A stretch of 64,000 nucleotides of DNA from Candidatus Hydrogenedentota bacterium (GCA_045863335.1 BTVY01000002.1:211758-275757), one strand, 5' to 3'; shown: positions 18,517 to 29,103, counted from the stretch's first letter. Translations and numbers: made by a program. Notes: generated by a model from the letters alone, not told the origin.

Positions 18517-19200
18517 TCACGCCCGCGTGACCACCACTTCCCGGGGCCGCTTCCGCGTCGTGGCGAACTGGGCTACCGCGCCGGAGATGGCCACGAGAGC
18601 CCAGCAGGTGATCAGCACCTGCCGGTCTTTGCCGAGTTCGACCGGCTGTTGAAGTATGTCGAGAAACGAGGGGCCTACAAGAAAGAAGGCAATCCCGCAT
18701 ACGACGATCCACGCCCCCAAGGCGGCCGTGGCGAGCACCATGATGCCGCGCTCCAGCGCGATGGCGATGAGGCCGCCCGCCAGCGCACAACCGAAGACAA
18801 TCCAGATCGCGTACGGATTGGTGGAATCCGCCATCACCGTGTAGGTGACCAGCGCCGAACCCAAGAAACCCACTAGGAATACGCCGAACTTGTAGAGAAA
18901 GAAGAGCGCCATGGCGCCGCAAACGCCACCCACCAACCCGGCGATCGCCGCTACTGCCGTTTGCTCGGGAAACAACCAGACGATCAGCAATCCAGCCACT
19001 CCGCCCGCGAGGATGAATCCCGTGAGACCGATGACGACCTTCAAGGTCTTGTACCCCAGGAAGCAATACAGGGTGCCCACCGCGATGGCAATAGCTACCA
19101 CGCCGTTAATTGTCGTTTCCGGCATCTGACTCAGTTCGGGAAAAGTTTCCACGCGCAACTCCGACTCGTTCTCGGACGATCTTGCGACTGCCCGACCCAT
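18517..19200 (-). CDS. DUF4203/TM7S3-TM198-like membrane protein
   Basis: GTLYCFLGYKTLK..LTGFILAG, Gly-rich TM helices, ATAALGA. Start is uncertain (may be MPETT). Confidence 0.8.
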   Translation of the reverse strand: MGRAVARSSENESELRVETFPELSQMPETTINGVVAIAIAVGTLYCFLGYKTLKVVIGLTGFILAGGVAGLLIVWLFPEQTAVAAIAGLVGGVCGAMALFFLYKFGVFLVGFLGSALVTYTVMADSTNPYAIWIVFGCALAGGLIAIALERGIMVLATAALGAWIVVCGIAFFLVGPSFLDILQQPVELGKDRQVLITCWALVAISGAVAQFATTRKRPREVVVTRA

Positions 19201-19351
19201 TTGTCAAGTGTTTACTAACGCGCACTGATTCGCCGAATGCGTTAAATAATTACTTTGCAACGTTTTACAACAACGCCTGATTTCCGGACGTGTCTCTCGT
19301 TTGCGATGCACAACGCCCTCTGCACTATTCCCCCTCGTACTTGCTATCGCG

Positions 19352-19380
19352 TTGATTTCCAACGGGAAACCTGATAAATT
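19352..19380 (+). promoter_or_regulatory. Possible sigma70 promoter for fmdB-like/arg genes
   Basis: TTGATT-N17-TAAATT in an AT-rich divergent intergenic region. Confidence 0.4.
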
Positions 19381-19501
19381 ATGCGCCTCTCCGCGACGTG
19401 GACGGTAACTTGTTCCATCCCACGCGGCCTGTCCATCGTGCTGATCGACAGGGATTTTCAGATGTTGCTGGAACCCGAGTTGTCAGGGAGCGACCTGAGC
19501 A

Positions 19502-19822
19502 ATGCCAACCTATTCATATCAGTGCCAGAAGTGCGAGACCGTCCGAGACGTCTTCCATAGCATGTCCGCAACGCCACGTCTCACGTGCGAGAGTTGTGGC
19601 AGCCGCCGAATGAAGCGGCTCCTCGGCACCGGAGCGGGAATCATTTTCAAAGGTTCCGGCTTCTACGAGACCGACTACAAGAACGGCTCGAAGAAGAAGA
19701 ACGGCGAATCCAGCGGATCGGAGTCCAAATCCGAAAGCAAGTCTGAAAGCAAAACAGAAACGGCCAAGACCGAATCGAAGTCCAGTACGAAGAAATCGGC
19801 GGGGAGCGGCTCGGCCGCCTAA
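19502..19822 (+). CDS. FmdB-family zinc-ribbon protein
   Basis: MPTYSYQCQKC..CESC..GIIFKGSGFYETDY plus an S/E/K low-complexity tail. Confidence 0.92.
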   Translation: MPTYSYQCQKCETVRDVFHSMSATPRLTCESCGSRRMKRLLGTGAGIIFKGSGFYETDYKNGSKKKNGESSGSESKSESKSESKTETAKTESKSSTKKSAGSGSAA

Positions 19823-20012
19823 GCAATCCATTCCGGGCGCGTTCGAGACTGTCTCGACCGCGCTCGAATTGTTTATAGCAGTGGGGACGAAATCCGGGCA
19901 CTTCAGATCCGGGGAGCAACCTTCCCGAAGGGCGGTAAGTGCGCATAGCGTGTCTTCTTCACATATTCAGGACACGCGGCAGCACGACCAACCAAGGGGA
20001 GCGCGAAAGACC

Positions 20013-21200
20013 ATGAACACCATCGAAATCAAAACCCTCGGCGAAGAGCACATCATCAACACGTACGGTTCGCGGAACCTCGCGTTCGTACGGGGCGAAG
20101 GGACCGCCCTCTGGGATGCGGACGGCAGGGAGTACCTGGACTTTTTCGCCGGCATCGCGGTGGTCGGGTTAGGTCATTGCCACCCCGCGGTCACGAAAGC
20201 CATCTGCGAGCAAGCCAAGACGTTGGTCCACGTATCCAACCTTTACCACACGCAACCGCAGGTCGAACTCGCCGCGTTGCTCTGCAAGCACACCTTCGCG
20301 GATCGGTGGTTCTTCAGTAACTGCGGCGCGACGGCGATCGAATCCGCCATCAAAATCGTCCGGCGGTACTGGCATCAAAAGGGCACGCCGAAGCCCGAGA
20401 TCATCGCCATGAATCAGTCCTTCCACGGCCGGACCATGGCGGCCATCACCGCGACCGGCCAGCCGAAATACCACGAAGGTTTCGCCCCCATGCTGCCGGG
20501 GATCAAGCACGTGCCGTACAACGACCTCGACGCATTGCGGAACGCCGTGACGAAGGAGACCGGCGCAATCCTGATGGAACTGATCCAGGGCGAAGGCGGC
20601 GTACGGGTCGCGGACGAGGCATTCGTCAAGGGCGCGCGGAAACTCTGCGACGAGAAAGGGATTCTACTCGTATTCGATGAAGTGCAGACCGGCATGGGCC
20701 GGACCGGCAAACTCTTCGCCCACGAACATTACGGCATCACGCCCGACGTCATCTGCATCGCGAAAGCGCTTGGCAACGGTGTTCCCATCGGCGCGATGGG
20801 TTGTACGGAAGAAGTGGCGACCGGTTTCAGTGTGGGTTCCCACGCGACGACCTTTGGCGGTAATCCGCTATGTACCGCCGCCGCAAAGGCTACGTTGGAG
20901 ACCATGGTTCAACCGGGATTCCTCGACCACGTTGCCGAAGTCGGCGAATACTTCCTGAACCAACTCAGAGGTTTATCCCAAAAACACGAGCAGATCGTAG
21001 AAGTCCGGGGCAAAGGACTCATGATCGGCGCCGAACTCAACGATGCCGTAGCGCCGGTGGTCCAGAAAATGCTCGCCGCCGGCATCGTGTGCGGACCCGC
21101 CGGACCCAACGTGCTCCGCTTCGTTCCCCCACTCATCGTGACGTCTGAACAGGTTGACCGGGTGGTGGCCGCGCTGGACGCGGCACTTGGAGAGAGTTGA
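20013..21200 (+). CDS. argD: Acetylornithine aminotransferase
   Basis: YLDFFAGIAV..LGH, SFHGRT, IQGEGG, FDEVQTGMGRTG, AKALGNG, HATTFGGNPL. Arg gene context. Confidence 0.93.
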   Translation: MNTIEIKTLGEEHIINTYGSRNLAFVRGEGTALWDADGREYLDFFAGIAVVGLGHCHPAVTKAICEQAKTLVHVSNLYHTQPQVELAALLCKHTFADRWFFSNCGATAIESAIKIVRRYWHQKGTPKPEIIAMNQSFHGRTMAAITATGQPKYHEGFAPMLPGIKHVPYNDLDALRNAVTKETGAILMELIQGEGGVRVADEAFVKGARKLCDEKGILLVFDEVQTGMGRTGKLFAHEHYGITPDVICIAKALGNGVPIGAMGCTEEVATGFSVGSHATTFGGNPLCTAAAKATLETMVQPGFLDHVAEVGEYFLNQLRGLSQKHEQIVEVRGKGLMIGAELNDAVAPVVQKMLAAGIVCGPAGPNVLRFVPPLIVTSEQVDRVVAALDAALGES

Positions 21201-21201
21201 C

Positions 21202-22119
21202 ATGCTCCACGATCTCATTTCGCTCGCCGATCTCACCACGGAAGAAATCCAGGGCCTCCTGGATCTGTCCGCAAAACTGAAGAAGGACCTGAAGGAAGGC
21301 AAATCCGCGCGCCCGCTCGATGGCAAAACGGTTGCCATGATTTTCGAGAAGCCGAGTCTGCGCACGCGCGTCACCTTCGAGACCGGGATCTTTCAGCTCG
21401 GCGGCCATGGGATTGTGCTGGAGTCCGGCCAGATCAAGTTGGGCGAACGCGAATCGGTACCCGATATCGCGCGCAACCTCGAGCGCTGGGTTGATGGCAT
21501 CGTCGCGCGCACCTACCGTCATGAGTCCGTCGTCGACTTGGCGGCCTTCGCGTCGGTGCCGGTGATCAATGCCTTGACGGACAAGCTCCACCCTTGCCAG
21601 GTGCTTGCCGACGCGCAGGCTTTGGTCGAGTGCAAGGGGGATCTGAGCAGCCTGAAACTCGCATTTGTCGGCGACGGAAACAACGTATGCGCTTCGTGGT
21701 TCAACTTCGCGGCGAAGATCCCTCTCAACGTGACCTTGGTCTGCCCGGAAGGGTATGAAATCGAGCAGGATATCCTGGACTATGCCCAGCGGCATGCGAA
21801 AGGTACCGTTGAGGTAACGCACGATATCGAGGCCGGTCTGAAGTTCGCCGATGCCGTCTACACCGATGTCTGGGCCAGCATGGGCCAGGAGGACGAAACG
21901 GAAGCGAGGAAGAAGATCTTCGCGCCGTATCAAGTGAACACGAAGTTGATGGCACTCGCCAAATCGGACGCCGTGTTCATGCACTGCCTCCCCGCGAAGC
22001 GCGGTCTGGAGGTCACGGACGAAGTCATCGACAGCGAACGCTCCATTGTATTCGACGAAGCTGAGAATCGGCTTCATGCCCAAAAGGCAATCTTGGTCTC
22101 CCTACTGGGTGGCGCATAG
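21202..22119 (+). CDS. argF: Ornithine carbamoyltransferase
   Basis: FEKPSLRTR, HPCQ, GDGNNV, TDVWASMG, FMHCLP, AENRLH. Confidence 0.95.
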   Translation: MLHDLISLADLTTEEIQGLLDLSAKLKKDLKEGKSARPLDGKTVAMIFEKPSLRTRVTFETGIFQLGGHGIVLESGQIKLGERESVPDIARNLERWVDGIVARTYRHESVVDLAAFASVPVINALTDKLHPCQVLADAQALVECKGDLSSLKLAFVGDGNNVCASWFNFAAKIPLNVTLVCPEGYEIEQDILDYAQRHAKGTVEVTHDIEAGLKFADAVYTDVWASMGQEDETEARKKIFAPYQVNTKLMALAKSDAVFMHCLPAKRGLEVTDEVIDSERSIVFDEAENRLHAQKAILVSLLGGA

Positions 22120-22189
22120 CATTGGCAATACCGCGTCTGAAGCCCGCGTTTGGGCGGACGTGGTTTGAGGTGAGAAAGGGAATCAGAAC

Positions 22190-23407
22190 ATGGCGTCAGA
22201 TGTAAAGAAAATCGCACTTGCCTATTCGGGCGGTTTGGACACCTCGGTAATTCTCAAATGGCTCCAGGAGACTTATAAAGCCGACATAGTGGCGTATATT
22301 GCCGACATCGGCCAGGGCGAAGAGACGGCCCCCGCCGTGGAGAAGGCCAAAAAGACCGGGGCCAGTTCGGTCCATTGTCTCGATCTCCGCGAAGAGTTTG
22401 TTCGCGACTATGTATTCCCCGCCATGCGGGCCAACGCCATTTACGAGGGCTGCTACCTGCTGGGAACCAGCATCGCCCGGCCCCTCATCGCGAAGGGCCA
22501 GATCGATGTACTGCGGAAGGAAAAGGCTGACGCAGTATCCCACGGCGCGACGGGCAAAGGCAACGACCAGGTCCGCTTTGAGCTGACCTATCTCGCCCTC
22601 GAACCCAATGTGACGATTATCGCCCCCTGGCGGGATCCGAAGTGGGATCTGACGAGCCGCACCAAGATGCTGGACTACGCCGAGAAGCACGGTATCGAGG
22701 TGCCGGTCACGGCGGCTAAGCCGTACTCCATGGATGCCAACCTGCTCCACATCTCCTATGAAGGGGGCATTCTCGAGGACCCGTGGAACGAGCCGCCCAT
22801 GGATATGTTCCGGCGCACCGTGGACCCCTCCCAGTCACCTGACGAGCCGACCTATGTCGAGATCGACTTCGAGGAAGGTACACCGGTGGCCGTCGACGGC
22901 AAGCGCCTGGGTCCGGTGGAATTGATGGAGACGCTCAACAAGCTCGCCGGCGCCAACGGCGTGGGGCGCGTGGACTTGGTCGAGAACCGGTTTGTGGGCA
23001 TGAAATCGCGCGGCGTGTACGAGACTCCGGGGGGCACCGTGCTGTACGCGGCCCATCGAGCGGTCGAATCGCTGACGATGGATCGGGAAGTCATGCTCGA
23101 ACGGGATCGCCTCTCCCCCAAGATCGCCCAGCTCATGTACAACGGATTCTGGTTCGCACCGGAGATGAAGGTCCTGAAGGCCTTCGTCGACAAGACGCAG
23201 GAAGATGTGACGGGCACGGCCCGCATCAAGCTCTACAAGGGGAACTGCACCGTGGTCGGCCGCAAGGCGCCGAAGTCGCTCTACGACCCGCAGATTTCGA
23301 CCTTTGAGGAAGATGAAGGGGCGTATGCGCAGAGCGACGCGGGAGCGTTCATCCGCCTGAATGCGCTGCGGCTCCGGGTGCGGAAGAACGCCGGGTTGGA
23401 ACCGTAG
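22190..23407 (+). CDS. argG: Argininosuccinate synthase
   Basis: [49 protein letters not shown]. Confidence 0.97.
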   Translation: MASDVKKIALAYSGGLDTSVILKWLQETYKADIVAYIADIGQGEETAPAVEKAKKTGASSVHCLDLREEFVRDYVFPAMRANAIYEGCYLLGTSIARPLIAKGQIDVLRKEKADAVSHGATGKGNDQVRFELTYLALEPNVTIIAPWRDPKWDLTSRTKMLDYAEKHGIEVPVTAAKPYSMDANLLHISYEGGILEDPWNEPPMDMFRRTVDPSQSPDEPTYVEIDFEEGTPVAVDGKRLGPVELMETLNKLAGANGVGRVDLVENRFVGMKSRGVYETPGGTVLYAAHRAVESLTMDREVMLERDRLSPKIAQLMYNGFWFAPEMKVLKAFVDKTQEDVTGTARIKLYKGNCTVVGRKAPKSLYDPQISTFEEDEGAYAQSDAGAFIRLNALRLRVRKNAGLEP

Positions 23408-23442
23408 GAAGCGAATCAGTCCAACGCGGGAAGGCAGTTCAC

Positions 23443-24816
23443 ATGGCGAAACAATGGGGCGGACGGTTCGAGGCGAAGACCGACGCGCTCGTGGAGAAAC
23501 TGGGCGAGTCGGTTTCCTTCGACGCGCGGCTAGCGCCGTGGGATATCCGGGCGAGCCTGGCCCACGCGCGCATGCTCGGGGAACAGGGAATCCTGACCAA
23601 GAAGGACGTGCGCGCGATCCTCTCCGGGCTAAAAGGAATCGCGACAGAAATCGAGTCGGGTGCATTTCACTTCGATCCCGCGCTGGAGGACGTTCACACC
23701 AACATTGAAGTCGCCCTGGTGAAGCGCATTGGCGATGCCGGCAAGCGGCTGCACACCGGCCGCAGCCGGAACGATCAAATTGCGACCGACGTCCGTCTCT
23801 GGACGCGGGACCAAATTGACACCGTGCTCAGCCTTCTTCGTGACTTGCGGGGCGCTCTGGTCGATTTCGCCGAGGCGCACATCGACGTGATTCTCCCGGG
23901 ATGCACGCACCTGCAACACGCGCAACCGGTACTCCTCGCGCACCATTTCCTTGCCTATTTCGAGATGTTCAGCCGCGACGCACAACGCTTCACTGAACTA
24001 CGGCGGCGCGTGAACGTGCTGCCGCTCGGGTCGGCAGCGCTTGCCGGTACCCCCTACCCCATCGATCGAAAAATGGTCGCGAAGGAACTGGGCTTCGAAG
24101 CGGTTTCCGCGAACAGCATGGACGCGGTCTCGGATCGGGATTTTGCCATCGAGTTTTGCTCTTGCGCGTCGCTGACCATGATGCACCTGAGCCGGTTCTG
24201 TGAAGAGATGATTCTCTGGTCCACGCCGGAGTTCGGGTTCATCGAGATTGGGGATGCCTACACCACCGGTTCGAGCATCATGCCCCAGAAGAAGAACCCC
24301 GACGTGGCGGAGTTGGTTCGGGGCAAGACCGGCCGGGTCTATGGTAGTCTGACGGCGCTCCTCACGTTGATGAAGGGATTGCCAATGACTTACAACCGGG
24401 ATCTGCAAGAGGACAAGGAACCGCTATTCGACGCGTCGGACACGATCCAGCTTTGCGTGGCGGTTGTGGCCCGCATGATCCCCTCGATCAAGGTTCGCCC
24501 CGATGCCATGATTGCGGCGGCGCGCGAAGGATTCTTGGAAGCCACAGACGTGGCGGACTATCTGGTGGGCAAGGGAATGCCGTTTCGCGAAGCCCACGGC
24601 GTGGTGGGCCGCATCGTGCTGCACTGCGAAAAACACGGAAAACGCTTGCCAGACTTGACAACTCAGGAATTCCAGACTTTCAGCCCGCGTTTCTCTGCGG
24701 ATGTCCATCGGCTCCTGGACTCGGAATCCATCGTGAATCGGCGCGACAACCTTGGCGCCACAGCCCCAACACGGGTGCGGGCGGCGCTCCGCGCAGCGCG
24801 TAAAATGCTGCAATAG
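23443..24816 (+). CDS. argH: Argininosuccinate lyase
   Basis: WGGRF, LHTGRSRNDQ, THLQHAQP, GSSIMPQKKNPD, YNRDLQEDK. Confidence 0.97.
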   Translation: MAKQWGGRFEAKTDALVEKLGESVSFDARLAPWDIRASLAHARMLGEQGILTKKDVRAILSGLKGIATEIESGAFHFDPALEDVHTNIEVALVKRIGDAGKRLHTGRSRNDQIATDVRLWTRDQIDTVLSLLRDLRGALVDFAEAHIDVILPGCTHLQHAQPVLLAHHFLAYFEMFSRDAQRFTELRRRVNVLPLGSAALAGTPYPIDRKMVAKELGFEAVSANSMDAVSDRDFAIEFCSCASLTMMHLSRFCEEMILWSTPEFGFIEIGDAYTTGSSIMPQKKNPDVAELVRGKTGRVYGSLTALLTLMKGLPMTYNRDLQEDKEPLFDASDTIQLCVAVVARMIPSIKVRPDAMIAAAREGFLEATDVADYLVGKGMPFREAHGVVGRIVLHCEKHGKRLPDLTTQEFQTFSPRFSADVHRLLDSESIVNRRDNLGATAPTRVRAALRAARKMLQ

Positions 24817-24885
24817 TGGTTTGTTAGGCATTCCGTCCCCCCGTGTGGTACCATTCCGAATGTGTCGACTTCTTTGGGCGGCTCT

Positions 24886-26367
24886 ATGAAAAGTACGAAC
24901 AAGATTCTCGTCGTTGACGATGAAGCGGTAATTAGAGAACTCTTGACGGATATCCTTGAAGACGACGGATATCCGGTAGAAGCCATGCCCAACGCGCCTT
25001 CCGCGCTCAACCTCCTTAAAGACCGCGACGATTTCGTTCTCCTGTTCACCGACATCATGATGCCGGATATGGACGGTATTCAGTTGATTCGGGAAGCGCG
25101 CAAGATTCGCCCCACCATAATCCCCATCGTGATGACGGGGTTCGCCACCCTGGAAACCGCGCGCGCCGCCGTCAAAGAGGGCGCATACGATTACGTCCTC
25201 AAGCCCTTCAGCTTGAGCGAGGTCAAGCTCGCCGTGGCCAATGCCATTGAGCGGTACCGGCTCGCCACGGAGAATGCGCGGCTCAGGGAACTGACAGAAA
25301 TTTTCAGCATCAGCGAATCCATGGCCGGGATACAGGACGAACGAAGGCTCCTCGACTTCGTGTTACAGGCGGCCCTCAACCAGGTCGGCGCCTATCGCGG
25401 CTCCTTGATGGTTGCCGGTGAAGACGGCAGAACGCTGGAGGTGGCATCGAGCGCGGGCCTGTCCGAGGAGGCCGTTTCCACGATCGTCGAGTTTGGGAAA
25501 GGGATATCGGGTAAGGTGGCCGAGAGCGGCCAATCCATTTTGGTCGAGAATATGGCGGAACGGCCGGAAGTGGAGAAGATTAGCCGGCGCCTCACGGAGA
25601 CCTCGTTCGTATCTTTACCCCTGAAGGCATCAGGATCGCCCAATGGTCCCGAGGCCGCCCAGGTGCTCGCCGTTTTGAACGTCTGCGGCAAGCACGGGAA
25701 CGGTTCGTTCACCGAGGCGGACCTGAAAACACTCGATATCGTCGCCAACCATGCGGCGGCTGCGCTAGGGAACGTGCGGCGCTTACGCCGTGTCGAACGA
25801 GCACACCTTGCCACCCTCGAGCACATGGCGCAACTCCTGGAAGCGCGCGACGACTATCTAGCTGGGCACAGTGCGCGGGTTCGCGATGTGGCGATGCGGC
25901 TCGCGGCCAGCCTGGAAGTGTCGCCCGCGGAATGCGAGCAGTTGGGAGTGGTTGCCTTGTTCCACGACATCGGTTACATGGGTGTCGATCCCACACTTCT
26001 TAGCAAGCCCGGAGAATTGAGCGACCACGAACAAGAGCAAGTCCGCCAGCACACGGTGATCGGAGATACGATCATACAGTCGGCCGAGATGCTGACGCCG
26101 GAGCAACGGCGCCTGGTTCGGAATCACCACGAGCGGGTCGACGGGTCGGGATATCCTGACGGGCTGTCTGGGGACGAGATCCCGTTGGTGGTACGCATCC
26201 TGAGTGTGGCCGAGGCCGTCGTCGCCATGGCCAGCGATCGGCCCTATCGGAAAGCCCTGGCCCCTGATGTAATCGTGACTGAATTGCAGTCGAAGCGTGG
26301 CGAACAATTTGATCCCGCCATCGCGGACAAGACAATTCACCTGATTCAGAACGGCGGTCTCTTCTAG
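24886..26367 (+). CDS. Response regulator REC-GAF-HD-GYP
   Basis: ILVVDDE, TDIMMP, KPF; GAF region; FHDIG, HHERVDGSGYP, RPYRKA. Confidence 0.9.
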   Translation: MKSTNKILVVDDEAVIRELLTDILEDDGYPVEAMPNAPSALNLLKDRDDFVLLFTDIMMPDMDGIQLIREARKIRPTIIPIVMTGFATLETARAAVKEGAYDYVLKPFSLSEVKLAVANAIERYRLATENARLRELTEIFSISESMAGIQDERRLLDFVLQAALNQVGAYRGSLMVAGEDGRTLEVASSAGLSEEAVSTIVEFGKGISGKVAESGQSILVENMAERPEVEKISRRLTETSFVSLPLKASGSPNGPEAAQVLAVLNVCGKHGNGSFTEADLKTLDIVANHAAAALGNVRRLRRVERAHLATLEHMAQLLEARDDYLAGHSARVRDVAMRLAASLEVSPAECEQLGVVALFHDIGYMGVDPTLLSKPGELSDHEQEQVRQHTVIGDTIIQSAEMLTPEQRRLVRNHHERVDGSGYPDGLSGDEIPLVVRILSVAEAVVAMASDRPYRKALAPDVIVTELQSKRGEQFDPAIADKTIHLIQNGGLF

Positions 26368-26386
26368 CGCGAGCCGCCCCCCCTGC

Positions 26387-27241
26387 CTAGAAATTCCGAA
26401 CCAGCGCTTCAACCACCGTGCCACGGCGATCCGCGCGGCTGTTCACCAATCGCGTTGCGTTGACCGATTCCACCTTGAACCCGCGGTACAAATTCTGAAT
26501 GAACTTTGTCATCGAATTCGAAAGAATGAACTTCACGCCCTTCGCGTCCAGGGTACGTGCAACGTCTGCCAGACGTTGCTGCTCCGCGCGCCCAAACCCG
26601 CCACGGTCGTAGGCGGTGAACGATGCGGTCTTCGACACGGGATCGTAGGGCGGATCGAAGTACACGAGGTCCCCCGCTTTCGCGCGGCCCACGACCATCT
26701 CGAACGACTGGACGGAAATGTCGGCACGCTGAAGCGCTTCCGACGTGGCGCGGAGATTTACCTCGTCGCAGATGCGGGGATTTTTGTATCGCCCGAAGGG
26801 GACGTTGAAGATGCCTCGGCTGTTCTCGCGGAACAACCCGTTGTAGCAGGTCTTGTTCAGGTAGATGATGCGAGCCGCGCGTTCAAAGAGGTCCTCGGGC
26901 ACCGCATCGCGCAGGGCGTAGTAATATTCTTCGGAGTGTTTTTCGCGATGGCGCTGCAAATGGTCGATCACCCGCTCGACATCTTGTTTCACGCCAAGGT
27001 ACGCGGCGATCAGCCGCTCGTTGTTGTCGCTGAGATACGCGCGCTTGGTATTCCGGCGCAACCGATTAGTTCGTACGAGTTCGAAGAACAACGCGCCACC
27101 GCCAACGAAGGGCTCGTGGTAACGGCCGAAATCGCCCGCTCTTTCGACTTGGGCGATGAGGGGGCCCAAGAGTTGCCCCTTCCCTCCCACCCACTTCAGA
27201 AATGGACGCGGGACCTCCAGCTTCCGGCGGGTGTAACTCAT
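26387..27241 (-). CDS. dam: DNA adenine methyltransferase, Dam/D12 family
   Basis: PFLKWVGGK, EPFVGGGALF, YLNKTCYNGLFRENS.G.FNVPFG, YFDPPY. ATGA overlap with the upstream nuclease gene. Confidence 0.92.
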   Translation of the reverse strand: MSYTRRKLEVPRPFLKWVGGKGQLLGPLIAQVERAGDFGRYHEPFVGGGALFFELVRTNRLRRNTKRAYLSDNNERLIAAYLGVKQDVERVIDHLQRHREKHSEEYYYALRDAVPEDLFERAARIIYLNKTCYNGLFRENSRGIFNVPFGRYKNPRICDEVNLRATSEALQRADISVQSFEMVVGRAKAGDLVYFDPPYDPVSKTASFTAYDRGGFGRAEQQRLADVARTLDAKGVKFILSNSMTKFIQNLYRGFKVESVNATRLVNSRADRRGTVVEALVRNF

Positions 27242-27627
27242 AGTCCGAAGTACAACTCCAACCAGTCCCGGAGATCGATCAGATTTACGGCCATTCCAGT
27301 GGACAGCAGGTACGACTCCATGTTGCTCGAGAATCCCCGGCCCGAATACACGACGATTCCGCGAATGGGCCACGCGCGGATATCTTCCAAGGTTGCGGGG
27401 ATCTTCTCTTCCGCACTCCCTTGGCCGTCTTGAAACTTGCACTCGACGCCCAGGCTCACGCGGGTTTCGGGATGCTTGAGCACGACGTCGATCCGCCGCT
27501 TCGCGCCCCAGATGCGCCGCCCGACCGGGACCTCCAATTCAACGACGAGACCCAAGGTTGCGCCCAAGGAGGCGACTTCCGTTTGTAGTTCCTTGCCGGA
27601 AGCGACGGCCTGCTGTTTACCTGGCAT
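27238..27627 (-). CDS. Small PD-(D/E)XK nuclease-superfamily protein (putative restriction/nicking endonuclease)
   Basis: GKELQTEV helix, RRIDVV, VECKFQ (ExK), GSAEEKIP, YSGRGF. Translationally coupled to dam. Confidence 0.78.
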   Translation of the reverse strand: MPGKQQAVASGKELQTEVASLGATLGLVVELEVPVGRRIWGAKRRIDVVLKHPETRVSLGVECKFQDGQGSAEEKIPATLEDIRAWPIRGIVVYSGRGFSSNMESYLLSTGMAVNLIDLRDWLELYFGL

Positions 27628-27888
27628 GATTCCTCGGAGAACGTGTGAACAACGATGGGCGAGTATGCCTGATGGGTGCGAGGGGATTCAACGAATGCAG
27701 GGTGCATCTCGCGTCGCAGGCGGACTCCGCGCGCTTCCGTGACTTGCGGGTGGCCTATGCCTGTGGTACGATTGGCCAAGGTTCCGGCAGAGGCACTTCT
27801 CGCCGGGGCATTCGGGGACGCTGACCTGGAAGAAAGGGTACACCATGTATCTTATGCGGTACAGGGGTTCTTATTGCGCGGGGTGGCA

Positions 27889-29097
27889 ATGGCTTCCTTG
27901 AATACGCCAAGCGCCGGTTTCAGTCGCGACAAGCCGGTGATCCTGGTCGTCGACGACATGCCGGAGAACATCTCGTTGATGCGGCGGCTGCTGGCGCCGA
28001 AGGGGTATACCATCGCGGAAGCGCTGGGCGGAGTCGCGGCTTTGGAGGTGGTCGCTACGGACCCGCCGGACGTGATTCTCCTCGACCTCATCATGCCCGA
28101 CATGAATGGATTCGAGGTCTGCGACCGGCTCAAGCGCGACCTGAGCACCCGGCACATTCCCATCATCATCATTACGGGCGTGGCCGAGCACGATGCGAAT
28201 ATCCGTGCGCTGGAAGCCGGCGTCGACGATTTCCTCATTCGGCCCATCGACCCCGTCCTGCTGGATGCGCGCATCCGTTCGTCCGTGAAGTCCAAGGCGC
28301 TTCAAGACCAGATCATCAAGTACCAGCGGCGGCTCGAAGACGACAATCTGGCGCTGGAGGAACGGGTCCGGGAGCGCACGGCGCAGTTGGAGCGGACTCA
28401 ACAGGTCACCATGTTTTCGATGGCACGGCTGGCCGAATCTCGCGACCCGGAAACCGGAGAACATCTCGAGCGGATGCGGCGGTACGTTCGCGAAATCGCG
28501 ATCGAAATGGGGTCTTGGACCAAGTATGACGGGATCATCGATAGCGGGTTCGTCGAGATCCTCTACTATTCGAGCCCGCTTCACGATATCGGCAAAGTGG
28601 GCATTCCCGATCAGATCCTGTTGAAACCTGGAAAGCTGAGTCCGGAAGAGTTCGACATCATGAAGACCCATACGCTCGTGGGAGGTGACACGCTCAAAGC
28701 GGCTGACGAAGAGGCCGGGGGCAACTCATTCCTTACCATGGGCCGTGATATTGCGTACTACCATCATGAGAAGTGGGACGGCAATGGCTATCCCTACGGG
28801 TTGAAAGGGGAGGACATTCCCTTGCCGGCGCGTATCGTGGCGTTAGGAGACGCCTACGACGCGCTCACGTCGAAACGCCCCTATAAAGAGCCGTTTTCCC
28901 ATGAGAAGTCGCGCGACATCATCCTGGAAGCTGCCGGAGCGCACTTCGACCCGGATGTCATCGAGGCCTTCAAAGCGAGGGATACGCGGTTCATCCGGAT
29001 ACGGGATCAATATCAGGATTCCGGGCACCTGACGCACATCGAGCAGATCAATCAGACACTCGAGCGGTTGCGCCAACTCCAGGATCGGGCCCCGTGA
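27889..29097 (+). CDS. Response regulator REC-HD-GYP (RpfG-like c-di-GMP phosphodiesterase)
   Basis: VVDD, LDLIMP, RDPETGEH, LHDIGKVGIPD, HHEKWDGNGYP, GDAYDAL, RPYK. Confidence 0.93.
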   Translation: MASLNTPSAGFSRDKPVILVVDDMPENISLMRRLLAPKGYTIAEALGGVAALEVVATDPPDVILLDLIMPDMNGFEVCDRLKRDLSTRHIPIIIITGVAEHDANIRALEAGVDDFLIRPIDPVLLDARIRSSVKSKALQDQIIKYQRRLEDDNLALEERVRERTAQLERTQQVTMFSMARLAESRDPETGEHLERMRRYVREIAIEMGSWTKYDGIIDSGFVEILYYSSPLHDIGKVGIPDQILLKPGKLSPEEFDIMKTHTLVGGDTLKAADEEAGGNSFLTMGRDIAYYHHEKWDGNGYPYGLKGEDIPLPARIVALGDAYDALTSKRPYKEPFSHEKSRDIILEAAGAHFDPDVIEAFKARDTRFIRIRDQYQDSGHLTHIEQINQTLERLRQLQDRAP

Positions 29098-29103
29098 CGC
29101 TGA

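Noticed and set aside
19700-19800. SESK repeats in the FmdB-like tail
   Set aside because: Ordinary low-complexity tail common in this family.
19865-19970. Possible ARG boxes upstream of argD
   Set aside because: Only partial half-sites (CGAATTGTTTATAGCA; CATATTCA), with no properly spaced palindrome pair.
26387-27627. dam/nuclease pair as a mobile element
   Set aside because: No transposase/integrase, terminal repeats or target duplication seen, and the composition looks similar to the flanks.
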